The position numbers and the translations under genes are program-made. The notes under the pieces were generated by a model, which was not told where the DNA came from, searched no databases, and saw only the letters and a list, made by a program, of their open reading frames with translations. Positions 13,316-26,508 of a stretch of DNA of 64,000 bases are shown piece after piece; position 1 is the first letter of the stretch; every line of letters starts with the position of its first letter. The DNA is from the human T2T-CHM13v2.0 reference genome, Homo sapiens, in NCBI RefSeq assembly GCF_009914755.1, contig NC_060928.1; one strand, written 5' to 3'.

Positions 13316-14859
13316 TGTGTGGGAACAAACAAAACAAACAGAAATGTTTTTAACAACCGCCCTTGTTTGATCCTTCATCCTTGCGAATTAAAACCCAAAG
13401 GAGAAGGTCTTACATGAGATCACTGCACTCATACAAAATGTAAATCAAAGGAAACTATGAATGACTCAAAGCCAGGAGTTCTAGCAAACACATTATTTAG
13501 GTGGCAGGATCGTGATGTAAAATGGTCCCAATAGGTTGGAAAGATACAAATATAGGTTAGCGTTTTTTCATGTCAATTTTCCAAATTCACCAATGACGCT
13601 CCCTGCTATTATTTTGGGTATATCAAGGATTCTAAATAAAAACATTCAAAAATCTATCTTCACAATTTTTGGTCTTCTTCTGAACTCTGAAAATTTATCT
13701 TTATTCCACTTAACATCCTTTCATAGCGTCAACAGTAGTAATAATGGTTGCCAGTTCTAGATTTCTACCATTTACCAACAATAATCCAATTGGTTTATTA
13801 ATTTAATCCTCATGGCATAAATTGAGGTTTAGATCATTTGTGCAGATAATAAATTGCTTAAGCAATTTATTTAATTGTTTTTACATAGAATTAAATTAGT
13901 TTTTACCTAGAATGTTTCACTTCTAAAACCCACAAATTCTTAAATTTGGATCAATTCTCAATACTGCTTCTTCATATGCCAGGCTGCTGAGTACAACAGA
14001 GAAAATCACACAGCTGGCTAGATGAATATCTAATTTATCGTATATACTTATACTACAATGTATTCTCAGAAATTTCATCTGGGTTCTTTCTTTTTTTGGT
14101 CACTTTCTCATTTCTGCTCTGCCATGACTCAAAAACTTCTCTGTTCAAACATCTTACCCAATATCCATTATAATCTTCATTGTCAAGAACCTCATATCCT
14201 ATTTTACAGAGAGATTTGAGGCCAGCAGATTTAAACTTGCTTTAATACCTATCTTTATAAACAAATGTATTTTTTTCCTACATTCATTTTTCTCTTCTTC
14301 GTTCCAGGCTCAAAGAGAAAATGGCCCCATTCAGAGTTTAAGGTTATTCTTTCTGTAATTTCCATCTGAAATATACTTCTTTAGATCTATTCTTCACTGA
14401 GAAACTACAATTTGTGCTTCAAAGCCCTGCTTACATTTTCCTTTTGTGAAACAGTTTCTGACACAGGAATTTTCTGCACGCTCCCCAAACACAGTCAGTA
14501 ATTTTTCTACAATGCTAAGGCTATACCTATACACACATTCATCGTACTTATCAATGCATGGTTTATGAGGTGGGTGGCAAACATGGTTGAATATTAGGAA
14601 AAAAAGTTTCCCAACCCCCTTTGCCACATACTATGATTCTATAGGACTGAGCCAGAGCTTAGAAATTGATGATTCATAAATATTGCTATGTGATGATAAT
14701 GATCATCCTGGGTTGGAAACCACTGAATCATAGGCCTCAGGTCAGGGAAACAGCTTTAATTTCAGCTCCGAAACTTAATAGAAGAATGGTTTTCCACAAA
14801 CTTCTCAAATATCTGACTCCCAGCAATAAATCTTTTCTCTGTTTTCAAACTATGTTGGG

Positions 14860-15400
14860 ATTTCTACCACGTCTTCCCATTTCTATCAGTAGCCCCAGCC
14901 ATCATCATCTCTCTCATCTGGCCTAATGCAACCTCCTGACTGATCTCTGATTCACACTTGCTTCATCTATTATATTTTCTCCGTGTAGAACTGAGAGACT
15001 CCTTTATGGAAAAGTAATATAATGCCACTTCTCTCCTTAAAAATCTTCCAGGGGCTTCCTTTGACATGCAGAATCTAATCCAAATTCTTCACAATAGCCT
15101 ATATGAAAGTATAACTTGCTGTTACAAATTTCCCTTTTCCAATTCCTGTTATTCCTTTGATTTCTCCTACTTCCTTTTCACTTGTTTATTTCAACTCAGC
15201 CATGCTGGGCTCCTTAATGTTCCTTAGCTACACTAGACATGCTCAGGCCTCAGAGTCCTTGGATTTAATATTGTTTCTGTGTAGACTGTTTCCCTGCAGA
15301 TATTCATATGACTCTCTTCTTCCCTTTATTCAGATTTCTTATCAAAATCACCTCCTCTGAGAAGTATTCCTGGCAAAAGAGTATGCACACATTGCATTCA
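14860..15400 (+). mobile_element. L2a fragment
   Basis: ccagccatcatcatctctctcatctgg...ccttaaaaatcttcca...ccaaattcttcac...cagccatgctgggctcctt...aaaatcacctcctctgagaag. Confidence 0.75.
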
Positions 15401-15786
15401 CTCTTACTCATCACCACAAATCACTTATTAATTTTTTAAAAAAATTTGTTTTTGTCAATTTCCCTGACAAGACAGGAAAACACGACATGAATTGAAGAGG
15501 CCAGAGAATTCTGGGCAAGGGATGCATGAATGGTTCTTGGTGGTGGATGAGGAAACATTGGGGAAGAGATAGCAAGTGATTATATTCCATCCTGACCAAT
15601 AGGGTCACTCACAGTGGTGCTGAGACCTTAGCAGCCAAAAGCTCAGAAATAGGATCTGATTTCTTAGTGCCTGTGGAAGACATCAAACCAGGAAAAGTGA
15701 TGCAATCTTCTCAGTAAGGAGACTGCAATATTTGTTCTTCCCTAATTTTATTTGCAAAATGTTCAATCACAGTTTTACTTCTGTGA

Positions 15787-16029
<243 letters not shown>

Positions 16030-17167
16030 TAGTCTGGTTTCTATTTAACAAGCACTGTAATTAGATGGGGCAAAATTTGTTTAGTGTGATCTGGTCATAG
16101 TTAACTGGTGATATTATGGTGAAAAGCTGTATCATATTTTTCCAATTCCATTTCTAGTCTCTAAAACCATTTCTTCCTCACACACTGTGTTTTGAAGACA
16201 GAAGTTAAGTGTTTTTGAGTCTGGTTCCAGGAAGCCTAAAATAACATACCAATTATTTTGATTAAAGAAAAAGGTTGTGGGTCATTTTCCTCATTAGATT
16301 ATGTCAGTTATGGTATTGCTGAACATCTATTATTTTTTCTCCCAAATAAAAATGGGCTCTATATAATTTTATTTTAGTGTTGAATGGAAAAAGTGTGGTC
16401 CAGAAGCCTTGTTATTAGTTTTCCTTTGTAAAATGTCTCTCAGTTAATTAGAATCGTATCCATTTATAAATATTTCATTGCAAATTTATTAAATAAGCTT
16501 TAAGCCTTGTCACAGAGGTGGATGGTGATTGTCTAATTTAAGCCTGAATTTTTGTCTGTAACACTGCCTTTGTCTGGTGACAAAATTTTGTATGAGCTTA
16601 GTGAAAGTGGGTTTAGCTTATTCTATTGTCCTTTTGTTGCATTGCCATGACAATGTTTCATACAGACCTATATTCTCTTTTACTTCACTCTTTACCACTT
16701 TATTATCTGTTCTACCTTTAAATGACTTCTGCATTAATTTACACAGTAATCCATTGTGCATTGGTGTATGCCACCAAAAAACTAAAAGCATCTAAAAATA
16801 TGATTACTGTATATTCATTGGTCATTCATTTGCTTTCAATGTAGAAGATTTAGGTGAGGTTCATAAGAACTGGAAGACTTATCAGCTGTTTCAAAAAAAG
16901 TCTATAATAAGTGTGCCAAGAGACATTACCTCATAGAAATAAACCCATGAATGTTTGATGTCCCCTCCAGTTTACTCCTGTACTTTAAAACACATCATAA
17001 TGCACGTTTTTCAAGTTTTATTAAAGTGAGCATTTTTCTATCTATTCAAAATATCATATTCAGCATAGTGATTATAGGAAAATCCTTTGGATAAGGCAAA
17101 TGACTCTGGATTCTTTCTAGTCCTGGCTACAACTGAATTTAATAGGACCTTATTAAAGTCAGTTTAA

Positions 17168-17497
<330 letters not shown>

Positions 17498-17684
17498 AGT
17501 ATTCATTTTTTTATGAGGGAGTGAGGGGTCAGTTTTCTGACCCATGAAAGCAGATATTGAGAGTTTAAGCATTTTTAAATTTAAAATAAAGTTTTATATA
17601 AGATCGCTTTTTGTTAGTAACTTAATTGCTCCTTGGATGCTGTAGATCAAAATTTTAAAGACCGTTAAGATACAACTTTATATA

Positions 17685-18017
17685 CACCACGTGCCTCATT
17701 AGATGATTTGGTCAATGACAGCCCACCTATACAACAATGATCCCATAAGATTATAATACTATATGTTTTCTGTACCTTTTCTATGTTTAGATACATAAGT
17801 ACTTACCACTGTGTTACAATTGCCTACAGGATTCAGTAGAGTTCATGCTGTATAGGCTTGTAGCCTGGAAGCAATAAGCTATACCATATAGCCTAGGTGT
17901 GTAGTAGGCTATACCATCTAGGTTTGAGTAAGTACATTCTATGATGTTCCCACATTGACAAACTCTCCTAACAATGAATTTTTCAGAATATATCTCCATC
18001 AAGGAGAGACATGACTG
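17685..18017 (+). mobile_element. Tigger3a/MER7A-like non-autonomous TcMar-Tigger element
   Basis: ggtcaatgacagcccacctatacaacaatgatcccataagattataatac...atagcctaggtgtgtagtaggctataccatctaggtttg...catgactg, flanked by TA. Confidence 0.88.
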
Positions 18018-18804
18018 TACTGCCTTTTGTTTGTACCACTGTGTTCTTATTCAAAGAAAAATATGCGCATTACACACGACTTTAAACTTATTCACACTCA
18101 TATTAGCAATCAAGAATGCAGGAATGTACAGTACATGCACGAACTGTGCCTTGACCATTTGCTGACCTGATACATGACTTAATGTATTTGATCTCACTTG
18201 AGGAAATCAAGTTTGGAAAAGAAAATGTGCATTTAACGTAAGTAAAATTATATTGAATGTTTCTTCCTAGTTTAAAATAATTTTTCAGTAAAACAGGATC
18301 TCTTAAAATTATTTCTCATTAAACATTGAGCTATTTTTCTTTTATTAGAAATTACCTATCAAAATAGTGGCTGTCTCTCTTAATTAAAAGTGGATTGGTA
18401 TAATGATATACTATTGGATCTGTACCCTTTCTATTCTGTTTTTTTTATTCTAATTTATAGAGTAATCACAACTATGATATCAGGAATAAAAATGTCCTCA
18501 AGAACAGGTGCCTAATTGGGAGAAAATTTGACACTTCCCATTTCCATTTTAGGAGTTAAAAAAATCTACACGTTAAGTTATTTTTATAGTTAAGAAGTTT
18601 AAGTTTGTTTAAAATACCACAAAGTATAAAACATGATCTGAATATTGTTAAAAGGTCATGCAAATTAGAACCATGCTTATTCAATTTGAATCAAAGTATG
18701 TTTAAGCCATTTTTTCATAAAATTATTGAGATTATTAATATTTAATAACCTAAATCATTTTTATAAAGTGATAATAAAACAGATTATCCTAAGAGATTGT
18801 TTTT

Positions 18805-18890
18805 GTTATGGCTGCATCAAAAGAAGCTAAAGTGCATTGTGGCAGGAAGGACTAGTGTCATTTATAGTGACATTCAAGTAATCTGGGTGT
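18805..18890 (+). mobile_element. Possible L3/CR1 fragment
   Basis: ggctgcatcaaaagaag resembles the CR1 ORF2 (GCIKRS) region. The match is short and degenerate. Confidence 0.3.
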
Positions 18891-19035
18891 GATAGATGCT
18901 TGACTGCTAAATTTATGCTAGGATTAGCACCATTTATCTGCTCTTAGTGTGTTAAATACTCAATGAAATATGTATTTATGAAAGTAATTCAGTGTTTTTC
19001 AAATTTCATGACGCTTTTAATAAAGCTGTTAAATT

Positions 19036-19168
19036 AACAGCTTTATGGGGTTATAATTGATATACAAAGAACTGCACATATTCAATATGTACAATTTGAT
19101 GAGTTTGAACATACACAAACACCCATCATATCATCACCACAATCAAGGTAATCAACATATCCAGCACA
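19036..19168 (-). mobile_element. L1MA9/L1MB-type 3' end
   Basis: aacagctttat...tataattgatatac...tgtacaatttgatgagtttg...atcaccacaatcaaggtaat. Confidence 0.8.
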
Positions 19169-19405
19169 TTTTAATAGTACCATAAAGACTTCTCCGCCTT
19201 TTAAGAGTCCTGGTAGTCTCAGTGAAACAAAATCTCTTGATTTTCAACATTCCTCTAATTTATCAGTTCTTTCCAACTGGGATTTACCAAGCAATGTCAT
19301 TTTGTGTTGAATTACCATGAGTTCTTAAAAGATGCTAAAAGAAATAAAGTATGTTAGAATTTCATTGCCAATCAAGATTTTGATATGCGATCTGAATTTT
19401 TAGAC

Positions 19406-19618
19406 CAGTGGTTCTAAGGTTGGTGAGGGAGAGGGGAAGTTGTACTGTGTGGGAGACAGTTGGCAACGTCTGGCAATATTTTAATTGTCACAATTGCAGA
19501 CTGGTGCCAGAATCTAGTATGTAAAGGCCAGGGATACTGCTACATGCCCTACAAGGCACAGGGCAGTCTTGTAGTATCTGGCTTACAATGTCAGCAGTGC
19601 TGAGGTACAGAAACACTG
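19406..19618 (+). mobile_element. MER20 (hAT-Charlie)
   Basis: Termini cagtggttct...agaaacactg, internal ggccagggatactgcta, and degenerate 8-bp TSD ttttagac/atttagat. Confidence 0.85.
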
Positions 19619-21254
19619 ATTTAGATTAATCATTGTACTCAAAAGTATAGAGTGAGCAAAATGTGTTGTTTGCCTTGTGAAATTTGGAGAAAAAAAACAA
19701 AGCTCTATCCAACCATTCTACATTTCTGACATCTGTGTTACATATGATTGGAAATTCTCTTTCTTCTAAATACCCATTGTGTGCTTCAGTGACTGCTGGG
19801 ATACGAGCCACTTGTTCCTACAGTAATTGTCACAGGATAGCTGCCAGATGGTAATACTGAGAAGCACAACATGAAAAAAAAGTGTGTTTTTTTTCTCATT
19901 TCATTCTATCTTCATAGGCTAAATAAGTTAGTCTAATGTTTGTTCTACCCTACTTTAAGCAGAAGACATAATTCCTTCTTGCAAATGGCGCCTAAATGGT
20001 GAACAGACATGTCATGTGAGATTCTTTTAATAGATCTGCTTATTATTTGCCCTTATGGACCATTTGACATTATTCAAAGAGGAAAGATTTTTTTTTTTTT
20101 TTTTTTTTTTTGCCACTAAAAGAGAATCTGGGTAGGCCTATGACTCTTCTGTTCACTCTTGGAGAGTGCTGTGATAACTTTAAGTCATACATGCTATTAG
20201 AATGCCCTGACTTCATAATATGTATAGCTATGCATTTGATTTAAATCTTCACCGTGACATGTAAGACTGGCTTCAGGAAGGCTGTTGCCTGCAAATAGGC
20301 GTGACCAGCTTGTTCTCTCTTTTCCATTTGACTTTTTGCAAAGCCTCTCAAATTGAAACAGAGAGAGGGGCATGGTCAGGGGGTAGACTTTTACTTAGAG
20401 GTGCTGCTCTAGAATGGGTCTGCATTCACTATGTCTGGCAGGTTGTTAGCATGGACTTTTCCAGTTACTAGCCTAATTTAAGGTTTCGTGGTATCACTAA
20501 AGCGCCTCTGCTTGGACTCCCTGCCATGACGTGGCTACAGGCACCCTTCCCCTGAGTACTACTCCCTGTATACCTCTGGTTTTTCAGGGGTCCCTTTCAT
20601 GGAAAAACTCTTTTGAGTCTCACTGTATACACACATGATACTCTTGAGCAGGAATCACATTGGCTCCAGGCCGACACTTCCCTGCATGACAAATTATCTG
20701 AATTATAAGAAACATTTACCTATCATTTATCTTGACAGATTCTAGCAGTGAATTTCCTACCAAAGAATTATGGCAGAATTTCTTTCTTCTTGATGGCTAA
20801 CCTTCAAACTCCATGAAACACAGATCAAGGTGACCTTTGTGAGTCACCTGTCTCTAGGCTTAAGCAGGTAGCATCTTTCCGGTCATCCACATTTGGAGAG
20901 AATATTGGAACTCAGCACAGCAGCAACACTCTCCAAAGTAATCTCTCAATCTCCATTCTCTCAAACTGATATGCCGAGCTACATTCAAAATCTGTACCTT
21001 TGTAGGCTCAGAATTTACTCGGAGAACTGACATTTATTGTCAATTGGGGCCTGAGTCTAAATATCTAAGATGCCATTTGTGATTACCGGAAGCATCCACA
21101 TCGCAATTTGCTCATGAATCAAAATTTCATAGTATTTGGAAAGATAGAATGAAATCATATTGATAGCATTGTCCTCATGCCTCATTCTAATGGTTAAAAA
21201 CTGTAAACAATATATGTGCATAAAATACTCATTGGAAATTACAAATGCACATAG

Positions 21255-21690
21255 ATATCTATATGTATATATGTATATGTTTATACACGCATGTATATGT
21301 ATATGTACACATATTCATGTATATGAATATATGTACACATATACATGTATATGAATATATGTACACATATACATGCATGTATGCATATGTATATACATAT
21401 GCATGCATGTATGCATATGTATATATATACACACATATGCATATGTGCATAAAATTCTCCTATATGCACATATACGTATATGTGTATATATATGCATATA
21501 TATGCACATATACGTATAGGTGTATATATATGCACATATACGTATAGGTGTATATATATGCACATATACGTATAGGTGTATATATATGCACATATATGTA
21601 TAGGTGTATATATATGCACATATATGTGCATAAAAGATATACATATGTATACATATATGTGTGTATATATATGTGTGTGTGCATATATAT
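21255..21690. repeat. Complex (TA/TG/CA)n microsatellite with an internal 28-bp VNTR
   Basis: Unit tatatatatgcacatatacgtataggtg. The ta(c/t)gtatagg anchor recurs at 21511, 21539, 21567 and 21595. Confidence 0.95.
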
Positions 21691-23849
21691 AGTGTTTTTC
21701 TTTGTTAAATGGTTTATAATAGTGCAGTTTTCAATTTTGGTGTGAAGTATTAAGTAACTGATGTTAAGACAGAAATCTAAGAAAGTTATTTTAAACAGTA
21801 ATATTTTGGCAATGCAAAGCTATCTAGTAATATTGCTCAGACAATACAAAGCTAGTTCTATTCATATTTGTCCTGCTGATCTGGAAGATAAAACTGATCC
21901 CTCCCTGCAAGGGCTGCACTAGCTGGAATGAGACATTGTGTTTGTAGAACCTATGATCTTCTTTACAGAGAAAAGCAATTCATAAAGTTAGAAAAGGGCA
22001 TCATGTAAAATCCAACTCACATTTTGTAGAAATAGCATGAGGATTGCTGAGAGTGCTAAGAAAGAATAAATAATAGCAACAACCAAACCAAAAACAACAA
22101 GAAAAAAAATCCTATTCTCCATAGTTTATTCTTGAGAATATGACATGCAAAAAGTATGCCTCAGAAAATGTATCTTAAGGGGGAATGTTATTTGTGTATT
22201 TTTTTTCAAAAGGGCCATGTTCTTAACTGTTTTTGCACTGCATTTATATATTGTTAATGTCCTTTTATAACTTGAATATATCTTAATTCTACAGCCTATT
22301 TTGCATTAAGTGCTCTGGATCAAGGCATGCCAATATGCTATTTTTGATCTTGTATTTTAGTTTTGTCTTTTTCTTAATTCCAGGTAGCACACATGATTAT
22401 TATGAGAAAATGTTTTAGATTTACCTGTATGTTAAACAATTTTATTTTTGTTGTTAACTCTTCTTTCATCTCAGCTTCTTTATAAGATTATTTTCCTTTT
22501 TCCTGAAGTATGCCTTTGTAGGTTCCTTCAGTGAAATTGTATTTACCGTGTTGATGAGTCAGTTTTTATTTTTCTGAAAGTGCATTTATTTCTCCTTTAG
22601 TCTTGAATACTTGCTTTGCTGGATTAAAAAGCTTACTTGATCCTAATTTGCAGGCATCAGGGCCTTAATTTGAAGAGACTTTCTTGTGGAGAAAATGTGT
22701 CTCCTGCTTCACTTGAGGACCATGAATTCCTAACAACGTGGTACCACTTTGTCTTCCTTTGAGAGGCCTGGTTAGTGTGAGAACCTCGTAGTCAGCTCTC
22801 CACCAAGGATATAAACAATGTTATTAGCGGCATCTTCCATTTCAGGAAGATATTACAATGGTTTTTACAAAGAGCATTTCACACAGGAGTATGTTCAAAT
22901 TTTATTTGATCTGAGATATGAGGGTATACCTAAGGGTGTTCATGGTATACTGTGAAAAAATTTCTAAATTGTAAGTAATTTAAAAATAATAATAATGTTA
23001 ACATACTAAAAATAAATTTAATAATTGTAGTAAAGTTTTTAAAGATTGTCAAAACCTTTTTCCCCTGCCTTCTTTGTACAAGGCTTAGGTGGTAGACTTG
23101 TTAAGTAGGGAAATGAGATATTCAAGTTTAATGCTTAAGGCACAATGGGTTAATGACTATAATAACAGGTAATACTCTTCAAACTGTTGTTTGATAATAC
23201 ATGGAATGACTAAGTTCATGTTAATAATGCACAATGGTCTTCAGTGGGGGAAGCAAGGGTAAAATTGAGATTTAACATAGAAACTACAGATTTAATATGT
23301 AGCATCACTTTACCACTCAAAATTTAATTTTCAGATCACAAATTTTATATCTATTTTGTTCTAATTTTAATTACTGCCTCCAGATTTCTTATGTAAATAA
23401 ATTCTTATAGATGGTTAGATTATGTACCTCTCATTATTATTGTTTGTCCTAAAATGGAATCAGTTTACAGCTAGAAAGACATCATTACCAAACTGGATCT
23501 TATAGATGGATCCGCCAGATCTCAGTAGTTGTTCAGAGCTCCAGGGTCTGTCAGTCAGGATGGGGGGCCTAGAGAGCACTCTGCCATGTGGATGTGGCAC
23601 ATTCTGTAACCACATCTTGCTCAGATTACATGATACTTAAGACTCATCAAGCCAAACTTGAGAGGAGGTGGCTCTTTTGGCAAGATTTCTAGTGATCCCA
23701 GAATCTTTGTGAAGAGAAATTCTTATTTGTTTACAAAGCTATTATAATATGTATAAAACACTAAGATTTAATTTTATATTAATATTTGTAAGTATATTTT
23801 TGTTCTGGCATTTGATTAAAAAATATAATTCCAGAAAGTACATTTATAA

Positions 23850-24173
<324 letters not shown>

Positions 24174-24657
24174 TAAACATCTTTTAAAAATTTAATTCTA
24201 CTCCTTATATGGCTGTCTTGGTCAGAATTGTTAAAATATAAATGTAATAAAAGCCCTAGCACCATCTTATATCTTATAAAGAAGAAAAATTACTTTTAGC
24301 TTTTATAGTGAAACCCACCAAAATGATTGAGTCTGACAGTATTTTTCAAAAACAATGTTAACAGTTTGACAGTATTTTTCATAAACAATATGGCCCACAA
24401 AAAGTGAACTAACAAAATTTCTTAAAATATTGGTAACTTCATTGATACACAGGAAGGTAGGTGGGCATTGGGTCTCCAACTTAAGCATTTATATGAAGCA
24501 TTCCAAAATAGTTTCTTGTTTTGCTTTGAGAGATGTGCAAGTTCACCAACATAGAGAAAGTCTTCAGTTTTGAATCATTTTAGTGCTTTGTAATAGTAAA
24601 TGGGCATAAATCAGGGCACTTGTATAATAATAGCCTACAGTAAAGAATAGATGTTTC

Positions 24658-25005
<348 letters not shown>

Positions 25006-25159
25006 TTACATTCATTTTCTTATTTTTAAATCTAGCCCTTTGAAATTCATCAACTGTCATGTATTATTTTCAGATGAAAATAATGAGTGATTATTGAAAA
25101 TGGAATTTAAAGTTCTCTGAATCAGATGGGAAACAAAAACTTGCCTTCAGTTTTTACAG

Positions 25160-25290
25160 ATTCCACCAGACTGTAAAATTTGTGATGTCATAGATTTTCT
25201 CTGTTTTGTTTGCTGCTGTATCTCTAGTACCTACAAGAGTGACCCACACAGTGAATTCATGCATTACTGCATGCATGAATGAATAAATGT
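25160..25290 (+). mobile_element. L2 3' end
   Basis: ccaccagactgtaa...ctgttttgtttgctgctgtatctctagtacct...tgaatgaataaatg. Confidence 0.75.
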
Positions 25291-26368
25291 ATAAAGAATC
25301 TCACATGTGGCCATTGCTCACTTATTCAGCTCACAACCGTGATACTCTGTGTCACATTATTTTATCTCCTCTCTCATTCTAACACCTAGCTTTTATAATA
25401 TGCTTTTCCTAGCATTATAGTTACATTTAGACAGGTGATTTTATTTTAAAAATGCAAACCATTCTTTACAAATGCCACTCAAAGCCAATAAAGAATTAAT
25501 CCCTTTAAGATATATACTTGCATATATTGAGACTTTCAAGCAGAGTCAGACTTTAAAGCCACCAAATGAAAGAGCTCTCATATGTGTCCTATTATCACAG
25601 AGGCTGAGTACCAGGATTTTACTTTTAAAATTTTTATATTCTGTCTCTCCCCTGCTCTTCTAAATAGAAGGGAAAAAGCCAGTATGTTGGCTATACAGTC
25701 TTTATGTTTCATTTTCTCAGAGAAATGTTGAACAGTTATGAATAGAAAGAGTAAGAACCCAAAAGCATGGCCTGAGTCATCCCTTGCTTGTCATTTTGTG
25801 GGGAAGTTGAGTCTCATCCTTATCAGTTCTGTTGCTAGCCTGGGAAGCTGAAACCACAGTCCCTTCCAAATGATAACCATAATTTTCTCCCTTCTACTTT
25901 ATTTTCTCATTTTTTCATCTTATAATGAGCAGTTACAAAAACTTTTGGGTCCAAATGTTTTACCAAGTCAGTTAACTTACTTCTTAACCTTTTTGAATAG
26001 CCCATTTGAAGCCAGTTAACATTGTTGACTCTAAAAAGACTAAATATAAAGTTTTACTAAGATAAGTCATCATGTTGAATAAATACACAAATATGACCTT
26101 TGGTATGGATGTGCATATAAGCAGTGGGGTAAAAGCATCCTTGTATTTAAAAGTAAAGAATTCTGTACTACAAGTAGAAATCTACATGCAGAAACACACA
26201 CACAGTCTGGCCGTAGCTACAGGTAGCATGCATGTTCCTTTTACATGTGAGTCAGAAAACCTGATTTTATTATGCTCTGTGTTATTCATCAAAGTAGTGA
26301 GGGCCTTTGGGATAGTGTGCATTCCTTGCAGAGAAAGCAAAACAAGCTGTTGAATTTTCTTTTCTTAG

Positions 26369-26508
26369 GAGAGAAGACAATGAGGTCAGCTAGAATGATG
26401 GATTGTCATCACTGGGGCACGGGAAAGGGGTTGAGCAAGTCAATGTATGTTTTCCAGAGCCTACAGAATGTGTCTGATTCTCTGAAGTATATTTTTTCTA
26501 AATGCCAG
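26369..26508 (+). other. Candidate 140-nt internal exon (probably non-coding or cryptic)
   Basis: Acceptor aattttcttttcttag|G and donor CAG|gtgagt. One frame is open, but I do not recognise the peptide. Confidence 0.3.

Noticed and set aside
21160-21745. Stack of Y/I/H/M/C-rich ORFs; regular repeats resembling a CRISPR array
   Set aside because: These are translations of a TA/CA microsatellite. The 28-bp units are head-to-tail with no unique spacers, in eukaryotic DNA.
24334-24390. 33-bp tandem duplication (also short ones at ~31010 and ~43354)
   Set aside because: Common slippage duplications with no further structure.
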